Assembly: GCA_964035575.1 (NCBI GenBank)
Contig: OZ037841.1
Location: forward strand, 1,178,001-1,242,000
Length of the DNA: 64,000 nucleotides
Reading direction: 5' to 3'
DNA from: Rhynchopus sp. YZ270_cl-10
Taxonomy: Eukaryota
Shown here: positions 37,834-50,200 of the stretch, one piece after another
Numbering within the stretch: position 1 is the stretch's first letter
How the letters are laid out: each line of letters opens with the position of its first letter
The notes under the pieces: generated by a model
Told to the model about the DNA's origin: nothing
The model's database searches: none
What the model saw: the letters and a program-made list of their open reading frames with translations, nothing else
Made by a program: the position numbers and the translations under genes

Positions 37834-40034
37834 CCTGTTGTCAAGTAAGTTGTGTGGGAAATTATGGGAAAATGTAGGTTTCCTATAGGAACCTATAGGA
37901 AACCAAGGGTACCAATTTTTACCGTTGGTTTATTTTGCTCTCGGGGGGTATCCATCAAATTTCCAATTGGACTTTTTGCTCGTCGTTTTTTTTATTGAAC
38001 CCAGAAACTTAACTCTGAGTTCATTTAAAAAAAAATTGGGGAGAAAGTCCCAGTAGAACCCAGATGAAATAAAAATAAGGACCCCAGGTTACCTTTTGGG
38101 GGGGGTGGTTTATGGACCGTGCCATATGTCATTTTGTCACCATTTTTGTCATTCTGTCACATTATCGTAAGTGACAAATTAAACGATTTTACAGTACCTA
38201 CCGATCCTACTATTTTTGTTTTCATTCAAAAAAAAAATGCAAATTTTTTTTTTTTTTGTGTGCACGCGCGATATTACTTTGTTGTCGACCTCCCCCTCCC
38301 CGTTTCCCCTGTCCTCTTCTGCAGGGTGTTCTTGCGCTCAAATGGTTACTTAACATCACTTGTGCAACAAACGGAGGTCTTTTTTTTTCTTCGGTCTTTT
38401 TCTTTTTCTTTTCAAGCATCCTTTTTTAGGTACAAAGGGCTAGTTTTGCGTCGTTTGAAATCAATTTTATGGGAATTTCCTGAAGGATATTGCACATCGC
38501 TTATATTCCATCATGCGGAGTTTTGGGGTATTGTGGGAGTCTACCAATGGCCCGCGCAGGTTTCAAGCGCTTTCGATATGGAGCCTCGAGTGGACTCCGC
38601 CACATGGCTCCGCCGTACTACCCTGGATTTTTTTTTTTTTTGGTGGACTCCGTCTGGTTATAAATGATGATTGCAGCTCCTATGGTGCAGTCTATATGTG
38701 GCTAGGTGGCCAAGCTGGCCGAAGGGTATTGTCGTTGTTTATTGATCAAGGTGTCTTGTGTCAACAGCAACCTATCAGTCTCCCGTTGACAGCTACCAAT
38801 GTATGTGCGAGGCTTCTCCCTCCTTTAGTTTTGTACAGATTATCTTGTATCGCTGTCGACAGACTTTCCGCGCTGAAGAATCCGATGAAGAATTCTTCGA
38901 AAAAAAAAAAATTCCAAAAAAAAAAGAATTTTCCAATGAAGAATTCTTCATTGGAAAAAAATAAAAATAAAAATAAATTCCCGGGAAAAAAAAAAAAAAA
39001 TACCCCGCATCACCAGAACTGACCAGAACTGGCCTCATGAACAAAGTGACCCCGTCACAGCCAGAACGCGACTCAATTGATCAAACGCCGAACGAAAAGG
39101 AAACATGCAGCATGGCGAAATAATAAAAGTAGCGTACCGTGCGCCTGCGGCGCAAGCTTGCAACCCACCTTCCCATGACATAGTTTGTCAGTAAAAATGT
39201 ACAATTTTAAGCGCAATTTTTTGAAATGTTGCGTACCGTGGCTTCGCCAGGAGCCTTGATGCTATGACCACCGTTTCTTTTTGTACACGTACTGAGGTTA
39301 CTGATAATTCGTGTGTCTGGTTCAAATATCAATGAAGTTGAACTCCTCAGTTGGATCCCCGAGGAATTCTCTCATTCCGGGTCGGGCTCGACCGCGCCTT
39401 TTTATTTTTTTGGAATCTCAGGGACTGCGCTGGGACGCGTTTTTTGGGCCAGAACTCTAGTTTCTCCGCCGGAGGCCCCCAACTTTCCGTGAACTCCCGG
39501 CGCGCGTAGCGCGCCGGGCTCGGGACGTATTTACCTTTTATGTACAAAATCACGATTCTTCATCAAAAATCGTACCCAATGAAGGAGCGCGGAAACACTG
39601 GCTGTCGATGAAAAAAATAAAAATGGAAAGTGGAGAGACTGCACAACGTGTGGCAACACAAACCAAGGCAACTTACACCACTCCAACAATTTTTCAAAAT
39701 AAAAAGGCTTCGGCCGACATTGAGTACAGATCTTTTTGTAAAGAGACTGTTGATACAATAATGACAATTTCCTTTTCAAAATGTCCCCCTTGTGCGTAAC
39801 ACCAAACTTAAATGCTTTTTCGGCAAAACAAAAACAAAAACAAAAGCCAAAGCAAGTGAGAACCAACCATTTTTTGTTTGTTTTTACCACTTTTTTCATT
39901 AACCTCCCATTGTGCGAGTAAATTGTCGGGGGGGAAAAAAATCCCATTCACCCACGCCTTCTCTTCCCCCTCCTCCTCCTGGTTGGTCTTGCTTCATTTT
40001 TAGGTATTTTTTTGGATCTTGCCTTCTTTTTTAA

Positions 40035-40076
40035 GGTGACTAAGCACGAGAGGCTTGGTTCATCTTATAAACTTTT
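40035..40076 (+). repeat. Representative of micro-hairpin family F2 (GGTGACTAAGC-ACGAGAG-GCTT(A)GGTTCATCTTAT-Tn)
   Basis: Near-identical copy at 59897; degenerate copies near 3166, 10322, 12850, 27924, 28283, 29323, 40159, 42728, 43105, 45270, 45948. Confidence 0.8.
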
Positions 40077-43000
40077 CCTTTTTTCTTTTCTCTTCACTTT
40101 GTATTGCCCACGCATGCCTTTTTTTTTGACGTTTTTTTAAACTGGTCATCCCAGTATAGGTGACCAAAGCCCGAAAGTCTTAGGTCTATCTGCTTGAACC
40201 TCTTTTTTCTCTTTCTCGATTTTTCCCCCAAGATGTACACAGTACACATCTTTTTCGTTTTTGTTCCACCCCCTCTTACAGTTTGTTCTTAGAAGTAAGT
40301 CCTTAACGCCCAGAGTGGTGACTTACCCCATTACACATACCGTTGCCGTAGTGATGTTGAAACGTAGGGAATTTTTTTTAAGCGTTTCCAACATTATTAC
40401 GTTTTTAACGGTAGCTTTTCTCACCTGGATGCTTTCCTTCGGCTTTCCCTGCCTCCTTTCGATTGGCACAGCACAACACAGTAGAATCCCTTCAGGGCGT
40501 TGTCCTTGTGTTGTGCGTGCCTTCTCTCTTCCTTTTAGAAATAATACTCTTCTGGTGTACTTACAGTCCTCCAAATTGATTTGGGGATTTTTTTTCTGTT
40601 ATTCCTACGAAGCTTGCTTTAAAGGGGAAATAGTATTTACCGGGGTACGGTCGCCAAATCATTCCTCAAACAGGAGGATTTTGTGCAATCAACGAAACAA
40701 CTTTACCTACCCGATCCTATTTTGCTAATTTCAGCAATTTTGTTGGGAAACTCTAAGATGTATTGGATCCTGTCGCAGTATTGAGAATCTAGCTCTGTTG
40801 AGCATATTTCGCATATTAGCACGGTCCAATTTCAACATTAGAGGGAGTTGCACTGTAAGGTACATTCATCTTTCAAGTTTTCTGTTTTTTTTTTTGCTTC
40901 AGTAGATTTTGGTGATAAAACACACCTTGTTGCGCAAAAAAAAAGACAACACACCTAGTCTCCCACCGTGGGTACTCCGGGCGATTGTTGACACAAAGCA
41001 AAATATAACTCTTTTAGGTAGACAACTGAAAAGAACCCCGGTGGGTTTGATTGTCGCTGCAGTAATACGAGCGCGTGTTTTGTGTCTAAATACCTTTTAC
41101 AGTACACAGGATTCGTTTATAGCATGATGTGTGGATTCTTTACCCCCCGGTAGGTGCAAAATAGTTGTCGAACACAACATGCTCAAGAAGGTCTTCCCAG
41201 AAAGAAGGACAGTGGAGATTGCACAACGTGTGGCAACACAACCGAGGCAACTACACTACTCCGACAATGTATCAAGAAAGAAACAATGAAAGTCACCCCC
41301 AATTAAAGCAGTGGGCAGGACATTGTGTTCCTGTCAAAAAAAAAAGGGTCCTTCCAAAAAAAAATTTTTTTTTTTTGATGTCGCTGATGAACACTGACCA
41401 ACTTTTCTTTTTTAGATTTCTTCACTCTGGGACAATGCTTGTATGTGCATACAATATCCCTTGTAGTATGCCAATGAAATGCTCTGTGGGATTCGATAAG
41501 CCCGCGGGGAGCCTGTGCCGGTGAGGCGAATGTTGAGGCGTTTGCACTTTCTTTTTCTTCCAACTTCTCCAATTTCCCCTATACAAAGCACAGTTTGTGT
41601 GCTTCCATACCAAAACGTTCTACCCGAAGCTGCGATTTTTTTTTGTCTCAAAACCTTGTCTCACACATGAGACAACTATTGTGTGTTCGAGTGCTGTGAC
41701 TTCCCCCCCCCCTTTTCCCTTCCCTTTTCTGTGGATAGAAAGCCCATGCTTTTATTTCAGAAGTATGCGGCGTTTTTGCACTTTTTTAAACTTCTCCTTT
41801 GTTTTCTCCTTTTTTATTTATTTAAAGGTCCCTCGGTCTGCAGAGAACCCCTCCCCTTGGTGGAGCGGTTTGTCGTCGACAGAAACGGGAAGAAAAATAC
41901 TAGCGGCGTTTTTTTTGAATTATTTCGCCCACTTCTTTTTTTTTTCAAAAAGCTTTTTGTAACAAAGCTACCCCCTTTTTTCTGTATACCTGCTTATAGT
42001 TTTTCCTGAAGACTCCCTTAGCGCAGCATTCCGGGTGGGGTTCGATTCCCCCACCCGGAGTGTCAGTGGCAACCCAGCTCATAAAGGGGTATGCGGCATT
42101 GTTATTGTGTTGGCCTGTGTCTTCTGTTGCGATCTACCCAGTGGTTCGTATATTAGTTATAAGGTGTGTGGGGAGACTGCTCCTCTAGTCCAATACATTG
42201 TGTATTTATTAGGGTGCAGTGCTCTGTGAGGCTGACATCTTATAAGCCTTTTTCTCATTGTTTTTGTTTTGAAATTTTTGCGACATGATTATCCTCATAT
42301 AGGATTCAAACTGTGTACAGAACAGTAAATTCTTGGAACTAAAATAATGGAAACCATCTCGCGACTTGGGCAAACTAAACACGCTGCAGTTCCACTTTGC
42401 CATTGACTCTCTCTCTCTCTCTCTCTCTCTTTCTCTGTGTATTTATTTGTACAGAAAAATCTACATCGATACGTATTGGTACAGAGGCGGAAAGACAACA
42501 GCTTCTTCTTCAAAAAATTTTTTTTTGTCCCTTCAAAGTGAAAACCCTATTTTCTTTTTCAGGTATTCTTTTTTTCGGTTTCCTTTCCCCCCCTCCTCTC
42601 GATGTCTACAGTGTTCCAGAAGAAGCTCTTGCGCCTTTGCATAACTTCTCTTTAAATTCATTGTTGGGAGCGTGCAGCTTGCTCGACCTCCACCTGTGGA
42701 GCTGGCACTCTCCCCCCAGTCTTTTAGTTGACTACTGCAGTGCGAGGCTTAGGTTCATGCCCCCCATCCCACCCTTTGTGTCTTTGTTCAGTCTGATTGT
42801 GCGCACCGTAATAGTCGGGGTAAACCGGGCTTTTTGTGGCAAATCAGTGGGTGCAAGAGGCGGGGTGGGGTCCCTGGGTGTACCTTACTATTATTGTGTA
42901 TTTTGTTGATATACCTGTGCTCTCAATATATTGAATGCATATGTTGAAATACTGTAGAATTGCCACATTGTCAAGCGCTCCTCTTATTTTATGAAGGATC

Positions 43001-44480
43001 GCCTCCGGCTTTGTTGTACAAAATGCACCCTCAGACTAATGGGTTCAGGATTTATCTAAAAAACGTTTTCTCCTTTTCTTTACGATGCTTTCCCCCCCCC
43101 CCAAGGTGACGGAAGATCCCTAAGCACAAGAGCTGAGGGATCTTATAAACCCTTCTTCTTTTTTTTTTTTCAGTGCCTGCGTCCGATGAACGGTGAGGCG
43201 TTTGCACTCTTCAACTTCTCTTTTTTATACAATGCGTGTGTCCACAGGATCCACTCATCTTTTGTGGTCCGGATGAAAAAGGTGCTTTCGTACTTTTAAC
43301 CGTTCTAAGCCCAAAAATCCCCTTGTAGTGCAGAAAATACAGAAAGGTGTCGCTTGTCGTTCAGTTGTTTGTTGCGTTGACGCAGCCGCACTATCACTCT
43401 CCTGTTGGGTGGTGGTGGTGCGGAGCACGGTTGGATGAGTGAACGAATATGACCCTTTCTGCTCACAAAGTAGTGTGCGTATTTTATATAAAAAAAACTG
43501 CTGAAAAACGGGGAAAGTGCGGGAAGGTGCGGAAACGCAATTCAGCCACACCATAAATCTATGTTTACGTTCTTTTATTTTATTTTTTTGGTCTTCAAAT
43601 GGGGGAGAGCAATGGTCAGACAAATGACTTCTGAACACTTATACAAACACGGAACATTTTAAAAAGGTGACAAACTTTTTTTTTGTTCGTTCTATCGTGT
43701 AATAAAAGAGGTTTTGTGAAGAAATTTGGCAACCAAATGCGACCCTTTGATTTACACACCAGAGATTCTGTTGTCCTTTTTTTTTTTATACATTTTTTGC
43801 TTTTTGTTTTTTGCTGTTTTTTTTGCTTTTTTTATTTTGATATTTTTTTGGGCCAGCGTAGTTCGCCGCCATGAACCCCACGCTAGCATCTCCTTGCTGT
43901 TCCCCACACGATAACGATGGTGGGGAACTATGTACGTGCACGACAGGCACATCCATCTTGCATTTTTTTAGAGCAGATCTATACCTCCAAATGGCTGGAC
44001 CGCATGGGGGGTCCACCAAGGTACCCTTTTCACTAGAGGGAGGTGTATTTCAAAGCCAACGTTTTTTCTTCTTATTTTCCTTTTTCTTGTCGATTCTGCC
44101 GAAGAGAGGAGAGGCAGGGTTGCGCTGTTCAGATACTATTTATACTCCTACACCCCCCCTTTCGGCACTAAGCCTTTTTTTCCCCCCCTTCCCCTTCCCT
44201 TTCCCCTTAGCTCCCCAACCCTTAGCTACGTGGTTTATGTTATTCATTAGAGCAGGCATTGGCTAGCTTACCCATTTGAGACGTCGGGTTTCCATAAATA
44301 GTCCAGTGGAGCGTGCCTGTACTCATACAACCAAGCGTTCAAATTAATGAAGAAATGCCGTAAAGGGATGTCATTTAATATTTGCATCCGGTTTAATATT
44401 TGCTAAAAAAATAGCAAAAATATTATCTGGATCCCCCCCTTTAATACAATGTGACCAAATTGGTGGGAAAATGCAGATGT

Positions 44481-44967
44481 TGGTGCTTCCCGGGGGGTGT
44501 GCATTTCACAAATTTTCACAAAATGTGACAAGTTTTCACAAATTTTCACCACACGAAAACTGCTACAAAATTGTGAAGGCTGGCGAAAAGTGGTGAAAAG
44601 TTGTGAAAAAATGTGAAAAGTTGTGAATAGTTGTGAAAAGTTGTGAATTGATTTTTTTTTTGTGAGTGCTTTTTTTTTGGGCGGGTGGTGACCCACCCAT
44701 TGAGGGGCACGCTGGGATTCACAAGATAGAACGTGATGTGGTGTACCTGTGTACCTGTGTACTGTGTGATGTGCGGAAATGACGAGAACTTGTCCATTTC
44801 GGCAAATTGACCCCACCACTGGCCGGACGGATTCCGGAAATGCAAATGCCGGCGTTTAAAAGCTTCACCAACGAGAGAAAAAAGGGTAGTGAAAAGTTGT
44901 GAATAGTTGTGAAAAGTTGTGAATTGAATTGAAAATTTGTGAAATGCATACCCCCCGGGAAGCACCA
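44481..44967. mobile_element. Non-autonomous TIR element (487 bp) with TGGTGCT..AGCACCA ends and 5-bp TSD
   Basis: ~37-bp TIR TGGTGCTTCCCGGGGGGT(G/A)TGCATTTCACAAATTTTC; TSD GATGT on both sides; internal TGTGAAAAGT repeats. Confidence 0.85.
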
Positions 44968-45565
44968 GATGTAACGAAGCTCTTAGAATATTTAGTCCAA
45001 TCTTACAAAAACGCTTTTTTTAAATATTTTTTGTTCATATTTTTTTGCATCCAATTGAGTTTGCTCATTGACTGAGGTGTCTGTATTGGCAACTTCTTGG
45101 GGGGTGGGGGTAGGGTGGGGGGTGGAAGAGATAAAACAAAGTTACGAATCTGCTTTGGATCTTACATCCCAAACAAAACGTATTAAAACAACAAGCTCAA
45201 CTTACAGCATCCATAGTCAAGATGTGTGCGCGTGAGGTACGTTCATCTTTTCTTTCAATTGTTTTTAAAGGTGACTGAGGGAGGCTTAGGTTCAAACCAA
45301 ACTTTCTCTTTTTCCCGTTGACATCCCAAACACCGTTGGTTAAAGCAGGCAGGTGACAAGTTTTTTTTTTTCTTCAAATTTTCTTTCCAGCCTTTTTATT
45401 TATTTATATCTGGGTTTTTTCCTCGTCTCTTTCACTTTGCTCTCCTGCTCCGCCACTTTTTAGTCGTTCCATCGAATTTCATCGAATTTGATGAAATGGT
45501 GTTTTCCGTGTCTCTTCCATCCAAACCCTTGGCGGGTTTGTTAATACTCTGTCCCTTTTTTTAAA

Positions 45566-45607
45566 GATGTGTGCACGAGAAGCACATTCAGCTTACAATT
45601 TTTTTTT
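45566..45607 (+). repeat. Representative of micro-hairpin family F3 (GATGTGTGC-ACGAGAG-GCACATTCATCTT)
   Basis: Related copies near 12109, 26998, 28052, 28346, 28637, 29020, 40845, 43930, 45221, 55871, 60401, 60480. Confidence 0.78.
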
Positions 45608-47621
45608 GTGCTCTCATCCAGGGCTGGCATCGTGGGTCAGTCGGAGGTGCCTGCAATAACTTCACTTTTTTTTTTTACCCATTATTGATTGCATATGATG
45701 AAAATACTTTTTACCCATTTTCGATTTTGAACCGTTCACAACTCCATCTCTGAAGCAAAATTTGATTTTTTTTTGCTAGATTAGCAACAAAGCTTGTCGG
45801 GGGGTGGGGAGTAGTCCTGATAGTCCAGTGTACCCGGCAGTAACCCGCTATTAATTAATGGATTGGTGCTTAGGGGATGGTACACTATACGTTCATGATA
45901 CTCGTTCATTTTCATTTTTCACTTTTTCTCCCCAAATTTTTATATTAGCTGACAGAGCGCAAGGCCTAGGTCATCTTAGCCTCTTTTTTGTGTTTGTTTG
46001 TTTTTTAAATTGGCAATGCCTGTGTCCACAAACGTTTGCGCTGTCAGCTTCACTTTTTTTTTCGTGTATTTTTATCAGAAAGAGATAGAATTTTACCCTT
46101 TTTTCAACCCGGTCTTTCCAGAAAAGAAAATTATTGTTCTGAACGCGGCCTAATGACGGCTGCCCAACCAATAAAAGGGAACGAATTTATCGCGTTTATG
46201 TGTGATCATATAATAATATGCTGGCATTGTGTTGACAAAACAAAAACAACACCCGTAAAAAAAAAAGTGCAGAAAAGCAGAAACCCACCTCAGTGAAGGT
46301 TGTAGCCGTAGCAGTCGACTTTGTTTTTTATTTTTCCTTTTTTCCTTTTTTGTCGGGCAACATTGTTGTGCAAAGACCCATTTTTCTTCGACAATGATCC
46401 CTTCTCTTTCCCCACATCCTTAACAAACCCCTGTTTTCTGTCGTGCGAGATAGTTACTAATCTCCCCCTCTCCTTCCACCCATTTTTTTTGAAGATATTT
46501 TTCGTCTTCCATTTTAGTTTATTCAACAAATGCCCTTCTGGTTGTCTGTACTTCTTCATGATGGTATGGACAGACTATTGATTCTTGATTGCGTCCGAAA
46601 ACGCACTCAAAAACACGTTCGTGTTTTTGTGGGCGTTGTCGGATGCGCGTTTGAAAAACGAGAAAAAACGCTCGTTCGGAAAGCGAAAAAACGCGCGTTT
46701 TTCCTTCTCGTTTTTTCCGAACGCCATGGGTGTCCAAAGTACTTGAAATTCCAAAAAAAATAATCCGGTCCTTGATGAAGTACTTGACCACTTATTTTTC
46801 TTTGTTTCGTTTCGTTACTTTTTTTATTGCCAACCTCGAAATGGATGTACGACCGCAGGGTTGGGGGGTCCACCTGGTGCACCGGTCATGCACCAAGGTA
46901 CACTGTCACGAGAGCGCTTTTTTTTTTGTATTTCAAGTCAAATTTATTTGACATTCACAGATATTTGAAATGACTGTGTGCCTGCTTACAGTTTCCCCCT
47001 GTCAGCAACTCCCAAGTACATATACGGGGTTCGATAACCGGCGGAGTGCTCAGTGCCTGCGTCCCTACGCTTGCACTATCAACTTCACTTTATTTTCCAT
47101 TTTCCATTTTTATTTTTCCATTTTTTTCATTTTTTATTTTGGGGGGGAGTCACTTGCGTCCGCAGAGGCGTTTTTTGCACCTTCAACTTCATTCATCGTT
47201 ATTCTTCTTGTCTGTTATTATTATGTCTCCTCTTTTTTCGAGGACGCTCTCAAAAGAAAGCAACACCACTTATTGCCCCCTCTCTCTCTCTCTCTCCTTC
47301 TCCCTCTCCCTCTCCCCCCTCTATGCTGTGCGTTCACACTTTACTCTTTCACACTTCGCTTCTTGCTCATAACGTCTCCATCCCATCAACCACAACGCAA
47401 AACTTCAACTTTAAAGCGATTTGTCGACACAAAAACAAAATTGTTCAAAATTTCCAACATTACAAAGGCTACACACACCCCTTCTCCTCTCCACACTTTA
47501 CGAATGTAGCGAATTACTTTGTTGTTGAAGTTTTTTTTTTTGGTGCCCCTCCCCTCGTTTCCGTTTTCATCGCGAATATACAAACTTCACAAAGCAGTAG
47601 CGGGTCGCTCTTCAAAGCAGA

Positions 47622-49826
47622 ATGCCTCCGAGTCTACGTCCTCCGAGGAAGATTCCGGCGTTTTTGCATGAAATAACAGAATGGGCTGCGACTACCCGCG
47701 CACCCAAGCCACCCATGCCACCCATAGGGCACGAAGAGAAAAATAATTGTTCCGAAACGGCTTCCAGTGTTGTTCCTGTGCCTCGCAGGGTGCGTCCGGT
47801 GCCTACGTCGCCGTTTGCTGGACAGCGGATGAACGAAAGCTTTGAGGGACATATCCAAAAAAGAGTGGAGAGCGTTGAGAACATTACAGAAGATTTGGCA
47901 GGATTGGACGAATATGGGTGGAATACACTGCTTAATGCGCTGCGTGCTTCAGTGGGGAAGAATGGTAAACACATTCGGGCCTGTCATTTTGTGATTGCCG
48001 AGGAGAGGTGTGCTGCAACAAAGTGTAGAATGGCGGTGCAAGCCTTGTCAGTGCTGTGCACACAGCATCGCCAGAGGTTGTATGAGTGTACGGAACTTAT
48101 CTTTTTCCTGGTGGATCTCTTATCTGCAGAATGGGGTGCGAAGCAGGACGGAGTGTACATCCCCACAAAGGCAGAATGTATCAAAATTTTCGCGAATTTA
48201 ACGACCTTAGTCACCTCTCTGCGTGCATTCCGCTTTACAGAGCGAGCAGATTATCGCATCAAAGCAATTTGCATTATCGAATTTTTACTGTCCCATCTTT
48301 CTTTGACAGACGACCTCCGTTCAACCTTTTTAGGTATTGATATGGTTGGGAGATTGGATATATTGAAATGCCTTGCCAGCTTTTCTCGGTGCAATGCTCC
48401 GGTCGGAAGCCATGAGGCGAAATTGGTTCAATATGTTGACATGCTTCTGGAGTTAACGCTTCGTGAGAAGCCTGCATTCTATTCAGATCAAGGATCTATG
48501 CTGGGGAGCTGCTATCGCACCTTCATGACTCAAGGTAATATACCCTGCGCCGTCACACTGCTGAACTATTTAGTTGCTCATATTGACGTGGCAAAAGGGG
48601 TTTTAAGCACTTCCTTGGAATGGGTTTTGTATGATTTGAAGCATCTTCCTGACGAATGCGTGCAGCTGAAGGGGCGGATTTTGGATATCGCAGTGCTGTC
48701 TGTTTCCCGTGCTGTCGCAAACAATGTTGCTCCTGCAGACTTAGCGCAGCATCTCCCATTTTCTGATGATATTCCGATTGTAATAAAAAACGCGTTGCAA
48801 GACTCGGTATACGCCTATTTCAGTCAAAATCAGAATAATATGAGGAAGCTAGCTCCACTACGCAATAACGTTGCCGTCAAACGGTCTGCCGCCTACTTTC
48901 TCGTTGTCTTAGCGAAATATGCCGACAACCTTGCACCACTCTCAACACAACGTAGTCAGCCTGCATGGACGCTCCTCCGCAGCCTTTTCTTTAACAACCC
49001 AAAATGCCCGCCTACGCATCTTCCTGGGGTCTTGCAGGTTCTTTGTCAGCTCAAAGCTGTACTCTCTCCGACTGAAGTTGAGTCACTCTATCGAAACTTA
49101 ACGACTTCGTATCTCCGTGCAAGCAGTCTTCATCAGGTATCTCGATTGCTTTGGGTGTTGTCTGACTTGAAGGTGTTGACTGCAAAGGAGGTTCATGTCT
49201 TGGCGAGAGGGTCGTTGATGAAGCGAATCAGAACTGCGTTGGAGGAGAAGCAAAAGGATGCAGTGTTTGCGGGGCGTTGTGTGGTGTGGATGCTGCGTGC
49301 CTGCCTCGGGAGCGAACCTTCCTCACGCAACGAAGCCAAGACCTATCAACGCCTGCTTGAGATTGCGGAAGGGGAAGGGATGCTGGGGGTGCTGCAGCGA
49401 GGGGAGGGAGGGGGTGCGTTGTGTTGGCAGTTTGTTGCTGCGATGAGCTCTGCCAAGACGGAGGATGGGGTGAGGTTGGTAAGAGGCTTGGCTGAGAAGG
49501 CAGGGACACTCTGTGTTGCGGATAGTGTGGTGCTTGCGAAGGGTGCGACAAAGCTAGGTGACGACGCGACTGCAGCCACGTTGATGCGTGCCTGCCTTGC
49601 CCGCGTCACCTCCCCCACCACAGCAATGCATGTCCTCACCGGATGCATAGCCACCCGCCACCTCCCCACCTCCCTCTCCCCCATCTGCGATAGGGCTGCG
49701 CGCATTACGCCAAGTGTGCCCTTCCAACAAAGCGATCTTAAAGACCTGCTCTCAGGGCTCACCAAAATATCCTTTGTTCACAAAGAACTCTACACTGTGA
49801 TAAAGGAGAGACTTAAAAAGCGGTGA
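47622..49826 (+). CDS. Hypothetical 734-aa protein, Leu/Ala-rich and probably alpha-solenoid
   Basis: Long ATG ORF right after ..gcAG, with normal coding composition. No motif recognised. Confidence 0.75.
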   Translation: MPPSLRPPRKIPAFLHEITEWAATTRAPKPPMPPIGHEEKNNCSETASSVVPVPRRVRPVPTSPFAGQRMNESFEGHIQKRVESVENITEDLAGLDEYGWNTLLNALRASVGKNGKHIRACHFVIAEERCAATKCRMAVQALSVLCTQHRQRLYECTELIFFLVDLLSAEWGAKQDGVYIPTKAECIKIFANLTTLVTSLRAFRFTERADYRIKAICIIEFLLSHLSLTDDLRSTFLGIDMVGRLDILKCLASFSRCNAPVGSHEAKLVQYVDMLLELTLREKPAFYSDQGSMLGSCYRTFMTQGNIPCAVTLLNYLVAHIDVAKGVLSTSLEWVLYDLKHLPDECVQLKGRILDIAVLSVSRAVANNVAPADLAQHLPFSDDIPIVIKNALQDSVYAYFSQNQNNMRKLAPLRNNVAVKRSAAYFLVVLAKYADNLAPLSTQRSQPAWTLLRSLFFNNPKCPPTHLPGVLQVLCQLKAVLSPTEVESLYRNLTTSYLRASSLHQVSRLLWVLSDLKVLTAKEVHVLARGSLMKRIRTALEEKQKDAVFAGRCVVWMLRACLGSEPSSRNEAKTYQRLLEIAEGEGMLGVLQRGEGGGALCWQFVAAMSSAKTEDGVRLVRGLAEKAGTLCVADSVVLAKGATKLGDDATAATLMRACLARVTSPTTAMHVLTGCIATRHLPTSLSPICDRAARITPSVPFQQSDLKDLLSGLTKISFVHKELYTVIKERLKKR

Positions 49827-49871
49827 GTTTGGAGGAGGGCTTTGCTTTTGTGTTCATAATAAGGATGGGAT

Positions 49872-50078
49872 CGAATACGGCTCAGCCAAGCCTCATATAG
49901 ATTTTCTAAACATCTAAACACTGCTTGTTTTCAGGCGTTTCCGGCCTCGTTGCATTGTATGAACACTCTCAAAAAGGTACTGTGCGTTCCTTACCCATAT
50001 AAAAAGAAATACCCGACCCCTTCTGATTGTGTCAGCTGTTCTCCGATACTTTTGACAACCCCAAACACGAGTCAGTAG
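49872..50078 (+). repeat. ~200-bp upstream segment, duplicated at 52387-52593 (partial third copy 56009-56079)
   Basis: Near-identical CGAATACGGCTCAGCCAAGCC..CCCCAAACACGA, about 120-150 bp before the ATG of each Ubl-headed gene. Confidence 0.92.
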
Positions 50079-50200
50079 CTAGTCCCTTCAGCTCGTTCGA
50101 GTGCACCGTGCTGTGGTCTCTATCGGCACAGCTTGGATGAAGAGAGTGCGAGGAGCGTCCCCATTCATCACAACATCACACCACACAGAGAGACACAACA

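Larger units (their letters stand above)
36633..38117. repeat. Long inverted repeat: arms 36633-37339 and 37402-38117, 62-bp spacer
   Basis: The arms are reverse complements, differing by a 9-bp indel in the Glu tract and at least two substitutions. Confidence 0.95.
35984..38194. mobile_element. Tc1/mariner-superfamily-like non-autonomous element (2211 bp), TA TSD, carrying an internal 1.5-kb palindrome
   Basis: Perfect 24-bp TIRs CTGTAAAATCGTTTAATTTGTCAC / GTGACAAATTAAACGATTTTACAG, each flanked by TA. Empty site visible at ~40700-40720 (actTTAcctacccgatccta). Subterminal TGTCAC motifs. Confidence 0.9.

Noticed and set aside
40046..40054. ACGAGAGG as an rRNA (sarcin-ricin loop) fragment
   Set aside because: Only the apex matches; the flanking AGU / AAC and all other LSU rRNA sequence are absent.
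38200..47500. Numerous 60-200 aa Phe/Lys-rich ORFs
   Set aside because: Products of T- and A-homopolymer-rich intergenic DNA.
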